DNA of 64,000 nucleotides, taken from the NCBI GenBank assembly GCA_024742755.1, contig JANSXW010000017.1, positions 2,847 to 66,846 on the forward strand, read 5' to 3'. The notes below the pieces were generated by a model that saw nothing but the letters and a program-made list of their open reading frames with translations, did no database searches and was not told the origin of the DNA. A program made the position numbers and the translations under genes. Of the stretch, positions 1 to 9,028 are shown piece after piece; position 1 is the first letter of the stretch, and each line of letters starts with the position of its first letter. Source of the DNA: a bacterium (lineage in GTDB: Bacteria; Bacteroidota; Bacteroidia; Chitinophagales; Saprospiraceae).

Positions 1-174
1 CATAAGTGTCAAGGCCGAATAGTTACATTGGTCGTTACCAATATCATTCACTTCACCCGTACCGTATTAAACTGGTAAAGCAGGTTCAGATCAATGGTTT
101 TTGAAATGGATGTCAGCGATGAAGCTCACACCCGTTTTTTGAGCGGCGATCAATTCAGCCTGGCTCCGACTATT

Positions 175-1347
175 TTACATTAGGTAATCCTCTAGTGATT
201 TGCGGTAGGTATAATAGGGCTTCGAACTATGCCCGATCCTCACCACCATCTGTATCTTTTGGGTACCGCTCACGCCAATTAACTGATCAAACTCGGCGCG
301 CAAATCATCCATTTCAGCGTATTCCTGAATAGCCTGATTATAGGGGTGCAGGTAGAGCCCTCGCGCTGTACATGCCAAACTGAACCGCATGTAGTCTCTG
401 CCATTTTCAACCCAGTCCTTAAAAGTGTTGGTCTCCGTTATCCAGATCACCACTCCTTTAGTGCTCTCGATGGCTTTTTTGATATGCTTCATCGATTTAT
501 CGATAGTGCTGGATTTATGCCAGGCAACCGGATCACCTTTCCTGACGGACATTTCCACGATTTTGGCCATCAATCCCTTGTAGCCCATTTGAGGGATACT
601 CAAACCATTGCCTTTTTCTGCTCGCTCTGACTCGGAAAAACGGAAGAGCAGCCGGGTCTCCTCATTGGTGCTGCGGGTCCGAGACTCTATGTCGAGCCCC
701 CGGTAGAAGATGTCCTTAAACGTATTTAGGTTCTCATTGAAAAACAAGACCTTGGAATGCACTTCGCCGGCCATAGCCTGCAAATCCTCAAAAGTGGTTC
801 GCTTAACGATCTCTCCGGTTGAAGGCCTTCGGTTGGTCTGCCGATCTAAAATGTAAGGTGCAAGGGGATGGACTGCCACATTATCCGCTTGCCGGACCTG
901 AATTTCGGCCACCGGCTTAATTCCAAAATCATCAGCCTCTTCGTAACCTTCCGGGAAGTACTGTATGTCGGCGGTTAAACCCAGCGGGGTGATACCAATA
1001 GCCAGTGTTTCTATGAAACAGCCTGCCCCAATGTGGATTTGCCGGGAAGGGGGATCCGTTGCGGGCAGCAGCACTTCTCGATCTACGTAGAAAAGCATAC
1101 TGTTATCGTCAATGATTTTGAATTTCCAGCTCTGGGTATTATGCGGACTGGGTGCGTTCAACCCAATCGCAATGGCTTTCATGATAGGCTGTGAAAAACG
1201 GTGGGGATCCGGGCGTTTCTTATTTCTTTTCTCCCCTGGTTTTTCCGCACCTGAAAGGGTTTGAGCTATCGCAGGATGACCAGCACTCAGTAAGGCCGCA
1301 GCCGTTATGACCACGCCTGATTTTATGATGAATTCTCTTCGTTCCAT
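175..1347 (-). CDS. Tat-signal Acg-like FMN-binding nitroreductase-fold oxidoreductase
   Basis: Start moved to Met24 of the ORF, giving a twin-arginine leader MERREFIIKSG...AIA. Acg-family motifs APSPHNTQSW, DPPSRQIHIGAGCF and GRDYMRFSLACTARGLYLHPYNQ. Confidence 0.75.
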   Translation of the reverse strand: MERREFIIKSGVVITAAALLSAGHPAIAQTLSGAEKPGEKRNKKRPDPHRFSQPIMKAIAIGLNAPSPHNTQSWKFKIIDDNSMLFYVDREVLLPATDPPSRQIHIGAGCFIETLAIGITPLGLTADIQYFPEGYEEADDFGIKPVAEIQVRQADNVAVHPLAPYILDRQTNRRPSTGEIVKRTTFEDLQAMAGEVHSKVLFFNENLNTFKDIFYRGLDIESRTRSTNEETRLLFRFSESERAEKGNGLSIPQMGYKGLMAKIVEMSVRKGDPVAWHKSSTIDKSMKHIKKAIESTKGVVIWITETNTFKDWVENGRDYMRFSLACTARGLYLHPYNQAIQEYAEMDDLRAEFDQLIGVSGTQKIQMVVRIGHSSKPYYTYRKSLEDYLM

Positions 1348-1357
1348 GATGTTGTTT

Positions 1358-1924
1358 TTAGAAGGTGTAACCAAGGTTGATCTTGGCAGACAGGAAGGTG
1401 TCCGAATTACCGCCACGGGGGCCGATATCGGTGATCAGTCCATGAATAATACCTACCTGAGGATTGAGGTAAAAGCCCTTGGTTTTGGTTGGTGAAAAAC
1501 GAAAGCGGTATCCGGCATGCCCTTCTACCAGCATCGCAAAATTGTTGTAGTCTTTGCCGTCTATTTTGTTCTTAGTGCCCCAGGCGTAGCCCCAGTCTGT
1601 CTGCCCTTCCAAATGAAAACCTTTCCACAGATATTGACGATAACCAACCGTAAACAAGTACTCGTCAATCTCTTCCACTACATCGTGTTTTACATTGGGG
1701 CGCAGATAAGCACCTATGACTAAATCGCCGGGTTTATCGGTGCCGTACCCTGCAATGGTTCTGGAAGCCCGAATGGTTATAATGTGAGCCGTGGGTACAA
1801 AAGGAACTAACAGATCCGCTTCTACCCCCCATTTGGGTGTAACGGCATTGTCTTGTGCAAAGACATGATTTGACGCAGCTAGTACAATCGTCAGAATCAT
1901 GATAAAATTGGTCAGTGACTTCAT
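1358..1924 (-). CDS. small outer-membrane beta-barrel protein (hypothetical)
   Basis: Sec signal ending VFA-Q, alternating amphipathic strands, C-terminal beta-signal INLGYTF. Confidence 0.6.
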   Translation of the reverse strand: MKSLTNFIMILTIVLAASNHVFAQDNAVTPKWGVEADLLVPFVPTAHIITIRASRTIAGYGTDKPGDLVIGAYLRPNVKHDVVEEIDEYLFTVGYRQYLWKGFHLEGQTDWGYAWGTKNKIDGKDYNNFAMLVEGHAGYRFRFSPTKTKGFYLNPQVGIIHGLITDIGPRGGNSDTFLSAKINLGYTF

Positions 1925-1955
1925 GATACAATTGTTTGAATAATTAATTATACCA

Positions 1956-1963
1956 CAAAGTTA
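1956..1963 (-). promoter_or_regulatory. Bacteroidota sigma-A -7 box (TAACTTTG)
   Basis: Matches TAnnTTTG about 30 bp upstream of the barrel gene start at 1924. Confidence 0.55.
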
Positions 1964-1995
1964 AAGGGAGTACTTCCTTAAGCACTGAACAAATG

Positions 1996-2574
1996 TTAAG
2001 AAGTCATCGGGTTATTTTTTTTCCTGAGACGACTCAAATGCTGTGGGGTGATGCCAAGAAAAGAAGCTGTGTACTGCAGGGGTACATTGAGCAGAACATC
2101 TGGATTCTCTTTTATCATTTGCTCATACCGTTCCAGAGCAGTAGCAGATTGCAGGGAATGGATTCGTTTTTCCATGAGGATATACATGTTTTCAGACATG
2201 ATTCGCCTGAAAACATGAATTTTAGGTATGCTTTCAGAAAGAGCTTCCAGTGCAGGTCTGGAGATTACCCTAAGACGACTTTCTTCTATCGCTTCGATAT
2301 TCTCAAAGGAAGGAGCTAAAGTGATAAAGCTGGTGTAGGCTGTGATAAAGGTATCTGCGGTCGCAAAAAAACAGGTTTTTTCCACCGCATTTTCATCGTG
2401 GTAATAGTTCCTTAGCCGCCCGCTAAGTATGAAGCCCAATTGCCGGCATATTTTTCCTTCTTGCGCAAAGAAGTCGCCTTTTTGCAGCGTTGCATCTGCA
2501 AAAGCGGCTTCCACTTTTGTTTTCTCCTCTAAGGTCAAGGGAGTAATTTGGTGAATGTATTCTGAAACTTTCAT
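1996..2574 (-). CDS. Crp/Fnr family transcriptional regulator (Bacteroidota short type)
   Basis: cNMP-binding domain (LQKGDFFAQEGKICRQLGFILSGRLRNYY) and C-terminal HTH VPLQYTASFLGITPQHLSRLRK. Confidence 0.9.
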   Translation of the reverse strand: MKVSEYIHQITPLTLEEKTKVEAAFADATLQKGDFFAQEGKICRQLGFILSGRLRNYYHDENAVEKTCFFATADTFITAYTSFITLAPSFENIEAIEESRLRVISRPALEALSESIPKIHVFRRIMSENMYILMEKRIHSLQSATALERYEQMIKENPDVLLNVPLQYTASFLGITPQHLSRLRKKNNPMTS

Positions 2575-2800
2575 GTGAAATTCCTTGTTTGGAGTATTTT
2601 TTCGCTCACCACCAGCAGGTCCGGCTAAACGTAGAATAACCCAACTTGCGTATCTGCCATTCCCATTTTGCCTGTAAAGAGGTGTTTTGAAAACGCATAT
2701 ACCTAATAAAGATAGGAACTAAACCTGGAAAGTGAAAGGTATTGGCTTTTCTCCACTGATTGTTATGTTGCGTGGATTCAAGTATTAGGTTTTGAAATTT

Positions 2801-5800
2801 TCACCCCGCCGGCACCGCCACCTGCTCCACCTTCTCATCCACCTTGCGCAGCACCCGCAGGGCATCCTGCAAGCTCCGCACCCCATCCTTGATGAGCATA
2901 AAGTGGCGGTTGGTCTTCTTGAAGCTGAGCCCGCGTTTAGCACCTTCCTTCTGAACAAACATAAGCGTGGCCTGGAACTGTGCGCTTTCGTAAAAGAGCG
3001 ACTGCGGGTTTTCCACAAAGTAGCAGCGCAGCTTGTTGTTTTTAAGGATGAGGCGCTCGAAGCCCAAACGGCGGCAGACCCACCGCAGGCGCAGCCCGTC
3101 GAAGAGTTCGTACACGGGTTCGGGCAGGGCGCCGAAGCGGTCTTTCATTGCTTCCTCGAATTTTTGCAGTTCTTCCTCCGTCTCCAGCCCGTCAAGTTGA
3201 GTGTAGAGGTTGAGGCGCTCCTGTATGCTGCTGATGTATTCATCCGGAATGAGCATCTCCACATCGGTGTCGATCTGCACCTCGCGCACGTACTGCCGGT
3301 TCTTGTCGAGCTCTTCCTTGAACAGCTCCTTAAATTCGTTTTCCTTCAGTTCCTGAATCGCTTCCTCAAGGATTTTCTGGTAGGTTTCGTACCCGATATC
3401 TGCGATGAAGCCACTCTGCTCCCCGCCTAATAGATTACCCGCACCCCGGATGTCGAGGTCGCGCATAGCGATGTTGAAGCCGCTGCCCAGCTCGGAGTGT
3501 TCTTCCAGCGTTTTGAGGCGCTTGCGGGCATCGCTGGTAATGGTGGACATAGGCGGGCTGAAGAGATAGCAAAAGGCCTTCTGATTGGAACGCCCCACCC
3601 GGCCCCGCAGCTGGTGCAGGTCGCTCATGCCAAATTGCTGAGCGTTGTTGATGATCATGGTATTGGCATTTGGGATGTCCAGCCCGGTCTCAATAATATT
3701 GGTGCAAACCAGCACATCGTAGCGCCCGTCGATGAAGTGGATCAGCGTTTTTTCCAGTTCCTTGGGATCCATCTGCCCGTGGGCACTGGCGATTTCCACG
3801 TCCGGGCACATGCGGCGCACCATGGCGGTAATGTCGGGCAGTGACTTCACCCGGTTGTGCACAAAGAAGACTTGCCCGCCCCGGTTGACTTCGTAGTAAA
3901 TGGCTTCCTTCACAATCTCCTCACTAAACACCCGCACCTCGGTATGTATGGGCTGCCGGTTAGGCGGCGGGGTACGGATAATAGACAGGTCACGGGCGGC
4001 CATCAGGGAAAACTGCAGGGTACGCGGTATAGGCGTGGCGGTCAACGTGAGGGTGTCGACATTAACCTTGAGATTGCGGAGTTTCTCCTTGGCTGCGACC
4101 CCGAATTTCTGCTCTTCGTCAATGATGAGCAGACCAAGGTCCTTGAAGCCAATCTTTTTATTCAGAATGGCATGGGTGCCGATGACGATGTCGATCTCCC
4201 CGTCTTTCAACCGCTGGAAAATGGCGTTCTTTTCCTTGGTGGTCCGGAAGCGATTGACATAGTCGACCGTCACCCCAAATTCTTCCAGCCGCTCTTTGAA
4301 GGTGCGGTAGTGCTGCAGGGCGAGGATCGTTGTGGGAACGAGCACCGCCACCTGCTTGCCGCCGACCACCGCCTTAAAGGCACCCCGGATGGCCACTTCG
4401 GTCTTGCCAAAGCCCACGTCCCCGCAAATCAGGCGGTCCATAGGGTAGCTCTTCATCATGTCCTCCTTCATGTCGTTGGTGGCCTTAAGCTGGTCGGGCG
4501 TGTCCTCGTAAATAAACGAGGCTTCCAGCTCATTTTGAAGGTAACCATCACTGGGGAATGCGATCCCATCGGAGGCTTTGCGTTTGGCGTAGAGCTTGAT
4601 CAGCTCGCCGGCCATATCCTTGACTTTCTTCTTGGTGCGGCGCTTGAGGTTCTTCCAGGCATCTGACCCCAGCTTGTCGACCTTCGGGGCGGTGCCTTCC
4701 TTGCCCACGTACTTGGAGATTTTGTGCAGAGAGTTGATGCTGACGTAAAGGATGTCGTTATTCTTGTAAATCAACCGGACCGATTCCTGTACGTGCCCGT
4801 TGATGTCGATCTTTTGCAGCCCCGAGTATTTGCCTACCCCATGGTCGATGTGGGTAACGTAATCGCCCGGCTGTAATTCCCGCAGCATCCGCAGGTTAAT
4901 GGCCTGATCGCGGGTGAAGCCCCGGCGCAGGCGGTAGCGGTGGAAACGCTGGAATATCTGATGGTCGGTATAGCAGGCAACCTTCAAATCCATATCGATG
5001 AAGCCTTCGTTGATGGACTTGGGGATGGGGTGGAAATCCACCTTAGCTTCCAGGTCTTCAAAGATGGAGTAGAAACGTTCAATCTGCTTGGGGTTCTCGG
5101 CGAAGAGGTAGTTTTGAAGCCCGGCGGCGGTATTCTCATCCAGGTTTTCGATGAGCAGTTTGAAGTTTTTATTGAAGCTGGGCTGCGGGCGGGTGGAAAA
5201 GACCACCTGCTCGTCAAACTCGATGGGCTGTGCGGAGGCCGCCATACCCAAAATGTGGTAGTCCTTCACATCCTCCACAATCTCGAACGGGCGGATGAAG
5301 GCGCGGTCGCGGAAGATTTCCTTAAGCTCCTCTTCCTCGAGCAAGGCAATGCCTTTAGCGAACTCTTCTGCCTTGTCGAAGCACTGCGTAAGGCGGTCCA
5401 CCAACAGCTGAAAGTCCTTTACCCATACGGCGGTATTGGGCTGCAAAATCCGCAGCATGCTTACCTTTTGCTCCTGAGAAAAGCGGGTATTGATATTGGG
5501 AATGATGGTCACTGCACCGATATTCTGCACGGAGAGCTGCGTGGTCGGGTTGAAGGTCCGGATGCTCTCCACTTCCTCATCAAACAGCTCGATGCGGTAG
5601 GGGTATTCATTGCCAAAGGAAAAGATATCCACAATGCCGCCCCGGATGGAAAACTGACCGGGCTCGTACACGAAGTCCTCCCGCGCAAAACCGTACTCCA
5701 CCAGCACCTCAATGAGGAAGTCCACATCCAGTTCTTCCTCTTTTTTGATATCAATCCGGCGCTGATTGAGCACTTCCGGAGCTACCACCTGTTCAAACAG

Positions 5801-6193
5801 TGCCTCCGGATAGGTCACCACGATTTCACCAGCGGCTGGCGAGTTGACAATTTTGTTAATGGTCTCCGTACGCTGCAGGACGTTGGTGTTATTGAGCTCC
5901 TCGAAGTACATGGGGCGCTTAAAGGAATCGGGGAAAAAGCGGACGGCCTTGCCCTGCAGCAGGTTATCCAGGCTGTTTTGCAAATAAGCGGCCTCCTCCT
6001 TGTCATTTGCAATCAGCAGATGGTTACGCGGGTCATTCTGGTAGACCGCTGTAAGTAGGAAGGCGGTCTGTGCCCCCACCAGCCCGTTGAGCTGAAGCCG
6101 GCAGGGCTTGTCACTGCCCAGGGCTTTATTGATACGCTGTGTACGGTTGTCGTTTCGGTATAATTCCTGAAGGCGGTCGAGGTTGTTCTCCAC
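2801..6193 (-). CDS. mfd: transcription-repair coupling factor
   Basis: UvrB-like N-terminus, RID (PGDYVTHIDHGVGKY), SF2 motifs GDVGFGKTEVA, DEEQKFG, TATPIPRT and QLRGRVGRS, TRCF C-terminal domain. GTG start. Confidence 0.98.
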   Translation of the reverse strand: MENNLDRLQELYRNDNRTQRINKALGSDKPCRLQLNGLVGAQTAFLLTAVYQNDPRNHLLIANDKEEAAYLQNSLDNLLQGKAVRFFPDSFKRPMYFEELNNTNVLQRTETINKIVNSPAAGEIVVTYPEALFEQVVAPEVLNQRRIDIKKEEELDVDFLIEVLVEYGFAREDFVYEPGQFSIRGGIVDIFSFGNEYPYRIELFDEEVESIRTFNPTTQLSVQNIGAVTIIPNINTRFSQEQKVSMLRILQPNTAVWVKDFQLLVDRLTQCFDKAEEFAKGIALLEEEELKEIFRDRAFIRPFEIVEDVKDYHILGMAASAQPIEFDEQVVFSTRPQPSFNKNFKLLIENLDENTAAGLQNYLFAENPKQIERFYSIFEDLEAKVDFHPIPKSINEGFIDMDLKVACYTDHQIFQRFHRYRLRRGFTRDQAINLRMLRELQPGDYVTHIDHGVGKYSGLQKIDINGHVQESVRLIYKNNDILYVSINSLHKISKYVGKEGTAPKVDKLGSDAWKNLKRRTKKKVKDMAGELIKLYAKRKASDGIAFPSDGYLQNELEASFIYEDTPDQLKATNDMKEDMMKSYPMDRLICGDVGFGKTEVAIRGAFKAVVGGKQVAVLVPTTILALQHYRTFKERLEEFGVTVDYVNRFRTTKEKNAIFQRLKDGEIDIVIGTHAILNKKIGFKDLGLLIIDEEQKFGVAAKEKLRNLKVNVDTLTLTATPIPRTLQFSLMAARDLSIIRTPPPNRQPIHTEVRVFSEEIVKEAIYYEVNRGGQVFFVHNRVKSLPDITAMVRRMCPDVEIASAHGQMDPKELEKTLIHFIDGRYDVLVCTNIIETGLDIPNANTMIINNAQQFGMSDLHQLRGRVGRSNQKAFCYLFSPPMSTITSDARKRLKTLEEHSELGSGFNIAMRDLDIRGAGNLLGGEQSGFIADIGYETYQKILEEAIQELKENEFKELFKEELDKNRQYVREVQIDTDVEMLIPDEYISSIQERLNLYTQLDGLETEEELQKFEEAMKDRFGALPEPVYELFDGLRLRWVCRRLGFERLILKNNKLRCYFVENPQSLFYESAQFQATLMFVQKEGAKRGLSFKKTNRHFMLIKDGVRSLQDALRVLRKVDEKVEQVAVPAG

Positions 6194-6371
6194 AGTTGCT
6201 GCAACGGTTAAAAGCCGAATGCACTCAAAAGGGCATTCAGCAGCTAGTATTCAATTTTCAAAAAAGAAACAGAGGGTTGCCTGGATAGTTTAGGTTACCA
6301 TTTCCCGAAAGGGCGTCTAAATTGTTACAAACCGGATTAATCCCTTAATTTAGAGCAAAAATTTTCCGTCT

Positions 6372-7301
6372 ATGAATCACAAACCCAAGATCTATTGGCC
6401 CTTACTGTTCACGCTTGCTGTCCTGGCAGCCTCCTGTGTGAGCAAAAAAGAGTACATGGCCCTCCAAACCGAGCTGGAGATTGCAAATAAGGATGTGGCC
6501 CGTTTGGGCGAAAGCCTTAACGACTACATGAAACGCCTCTCCGACTGTGACCGGGAGAAGGCCAACCTCAAAGCCCGCCTTCAGGCTGCAGAAAGCAATA
6601 TGGTGCTCAGAGAAGAGCAGGTCAATGATTTGAAGGACCTGGTAGCGGACCTGCGCCAACAGCGTGATGCTCAGCTGAATCAGGTGGATGACCTGACCAC
6701 GCTTTCCCAATCAGCCAGCGAAAATATCCGCGAGACGCTATCCCAGCTGCAAACCAAGGATAAGTACATTCAGATGCTGCAAGCGGCCAAAACGCGCGCA
6801 GACTCCATCAACCTGGCTCTGGCGGTCAACCTCAAAGGCGTGCTCAGCGAAGGCATCGAAGACGAGGACGTGGAAGTAAAAGTGGACAAGACCGTCGTCT
6901 TTGTTAACCTTTCCGATAAAATGCTCTACAAAAGCGGCAGTGCACAAATTACCGACCGGGCAAATGAAGTGCTGGGCAAAATTGCCAGGATCATCAAGTC
7001 CCGCCCTAACCTGGAGGTGATGGTGGAAGGCTACACCGACAGTCAGCCGATCAACACGGCCTGCATCAAGGACAATTGGGACCTGAGCGTGCTGCGGTCC
7101 ACCTCAGTGGTGCGTGCGCTACAGACCAATCATGGCATTGACCCCAACCGCCTGATTGCTGCCGGCCGGGGCGAGTTCAACGCGCTGGCAACCAATGATA
7201 CGGCAGAAGGCCGGGCCATGAACCGCCGTACCCGTATTATCATCCTGCCAAAGCTGGATCAGTTCTACGATCTGCTGAACCCGAATCAGGTACCGGAGTA
7301 A
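6372..7301 (+). CDS. OmpA/MotB-family peptidoglycan-binding lipoprotein with coiled coil
   Basis: Lipobox LAASC, long coiled coil, OmpA-like C-terminal domain (VEGYTDS, DNWDLSVLRSTSVVR, NRRTRIII). Confidence 0.85.
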   Translation: MNHKPKIYWPLLFTLAVLAASCVSKKEYMALQTELEIANKDVARLGESLNDYMKRLSDCDREKANLKARLQAAESNMVLREEQVNDLKDLVADLRQQRDAQLNQVDDLTTLSQSASENIRETLSQLQTKDKYIQMLQAAKTRADSINLALAVNLKGVLSEGIEDEDVEVKVDKTVVFVNLSDKMLYKSGSAQITDRANEVLGKIARIIKSRPNLEVMVEGYTDSQPINTACIKDNWDLSVLRSTSVVRALQTNHGIDPNRLIAAGRGEFNALATNDTAEGRAMNRRTRIIILPKLDQFYDLLNPNQVPE

Positions 7302-7324
7302 AAGCGGTTTATGATCGAAATTTA

Positions 7325-7361
7325 AACGGCCCGGCAGCTCATAAAGAACTGCCGGGCCGTT
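7325..7361. terminator. bidirectional intrinsic terminator hairpin
   Basis: 13 bp stem AACGGCCCGGCAG / CTGCCGGGCCGTT between convergent genes. Confidence 0.75.
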
Positions 7362-7388
7362 ATCGTAGGGGCGGATGTTGGATAATCG

Positions 7389-8900
7389 TTACGCTTTCGT
7401 CCAGCTCGTCCCTTCCTTGCTGTCTTTAAGCACGATGCCCACTTCCTGCAGCACATCGCGGATTTTATCCGAAGTGCCCCAATCCTTATTGGCGCGCGCC
7501 TCAGCACGGATATCGATGATGAGGTTCATCAGGCCGTCCATGGGGCTGTCGCCGTTGTTGTCACCAGCCAGTCCTTCGTCCTCGAGGGCAAAAATCTCAT
7601 CCACAAAACCGCGGAAGGTATCCTGCAGGCGGGTGAGGGTCAGCCCGGTCAGGTCCGTCAGCTGCAGGTGACCGGCGTTGAGGCTGTTGACCTTGGTCAC
7701 GATTTCAAACAAGACCGCCAGGGCCTTGGGCGTATTGAAATCGTCGTTCATCTCTGCATGCACCTGATCGATAAGCTTGTTGAGCTCCTCGTCGAGGGGA
7801 CCGGGCTTCCCGTTGCCGGGATGCTTCATGCCCTGCAGCAGTTTATTGCCTTCCATCAGGCGCTTGTAGCCTTTTTCGGCGGCCTGCAGCGCCTCATCCG
7901 TCAGGTCGAGGGTACTGCGGTAGTGCGACTGCAGCATAAAGAATTTCACCACCATCGGGCTGTACCCTTTGCTGATGTGAGGGCTGTCGCCGGTAAACAA
8001 CTGCGTGGGCGTAATGGTATTGCCGTCGCTCTTGGACATCTTGCGGCCGTTCATCAACAGCATATTGGCGTGCATCCAGTAGCGGGCGCCGCTGCAATTG
8101 CAAGAGCCCATATTCTGAGCAATCTCATTCTCGTGGTGAGGGAACTTCAGGTCATTGCCGCCACCGTGTATATCGAAGGTCTCGCCCAGGTATTTGGTGC
8201 TCATCGCTGAGCATTCCAGGTGCCAGCCCGGAAAACCTACCGACCAGGGAGAGCTCCAGCGCATCAGGTGAGAAGGCGCGGCTTTCATCCAGATGGCAAA
8301 GTCGGCCGGATGGCGCTTCTCGCTTTGATTTTTGAGGTTGTCGCGGCTCTCCGCCATCAGGTCTTCAATCTTGCGGCCGGAAAGCTGACCATAAGCTTTG
8401 GTTTCTTCGATAAACTTCAAGGTATCGAAGTAGATGGACCCATTGGATTCGTACCCGTAGCCGTTATCGATGATATCCTGCACCATCTTGATCTGCTCCG
8501 GGATATGCCCGGTGGCCCGTGGCTCAATGCTTGGCGGCAGGGTATTGAAGATGCGCATCATCTCGTGGAAGCCGTTGGTGTACTTCTGGGCAATTTCCAT
8601 AGGCTCCAGTTCCTCCAGGCGGGCTTTTTTGGAGATTTTATCTTCGGTGCCGATCTCATCACTATCGCCTTCGAGGTGGCCCACATCCGTGATGTTGCGG
8701 ACGTATCGCACCTTATACCCCAGGTACATGAGGTAGCGGTAGATGACATCGAAGCTGGTGAAAGTACGGCAGTTCCCCAAATGGACATCGCTGTAGACGG
8801 TAGGCCCGCATACATACATGCCGATGCGCCCTTCATTCAGGGGCGTGAACACTTCCTTGTCGCGGGTGAGGCTGTTGTAAATCTTGAGTGTATTTTCCAT
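7389..8900 (-). CDS. cysS: cysteine--tRNA ligase
   Basis: [13 protein letters not shown] (HIGH motif), [27 protein letters not shown] and KMSKS. Confidence 0.98.
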   Translation of the reverse strand: MENTLKIYNSLTRDKEVFTPLNEGRIGMYVCGPTVYSDVHLGNCRTFTSFDVIYRYLMYLGYKVRYVRNITDVGHLEGDSDEIGTEDKISKKARLEELEPMEIAQKYTNGFHEMMRIFNTLPPSIEPRATGHIPEQIKMVQDIIDNGYGYESNGSIYFDTLKFIEETKAYGQLSGRKIEDLMAESRDNLKNQSEKRHPADFAIWMKAAPSHLMRWSSPWSVGFPGWHLECSAMSTKYLGETFDIHGGGNDLKFPHHENEIAQNMGSCNCSGARYWMHANMLLMNGRKMSKSDGNTITPTQLFTGDSPHISKGYSPMVVKFFMLQSHYRSTLDLTDEALQAAEKGYKRLMEGNKLLQGMKHPGNGKPGPLDEELNKLIDQVHAEMNDDFNTPKALAVLFEIVTKVNSLNAGHLQLTDLTGLTLTRLQDTFRGFVDEIFALEDEGLAGDNNGDSPMDGLMNLIIDIRAEARANKDWGTSDKIRDVLQEVGIVLKDSKEGTSWTKA

Positions 8901-8921
8901 TCAGGGTATTTTTTGACGGCG

Positions 8922-8929
8922 CAAAAATA
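8922..8929 (-). promoter_or_regulatory. sigma-A -7 box for cysS (TATTTTTG)
   Basis: TAnnTTTG 22 bp upstream of the cysS ATG. Confidence 0.6.
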
Positions 8930-8961
8930 AGAAGCTTAACCGCAGGAATCAAGCAAATAGG

Positions 8962-8992
8962 AAGGGAGTTGCAGGCCTATCCGCAACTCCCT
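8962..8992 (-). terminator. intrinsic terminator after the TonB-dependent receptor gene
   Basis: 11 bp stem AAGGGAGTTGC / GCAACTCCCTT just downstream of the gene's stop. Confidence 0.65.
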
Positions 8993-9028
8993 TTAAATAT
9001 TTTGGTCTTCCAACGTGATTCCTGGTGA

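Noticed and set aside
2792-6058. Long plus-strand ORFs opposite mfd, and similar ones opposite cysS, the TonB receptor, hemolysin and ABC genes
   Set aside because: These are antisense shadows caused by high GC3 codon bias of the real genes, with no recognisable motifs.
6372-7301. Flagellar stator MotB
   Set aside because: It is a lipoprotein without the MotB TM Asp motif, with no motA or flagellar genes nearby. It is better described as an OmpA-family peptidoglycan-binding protein.
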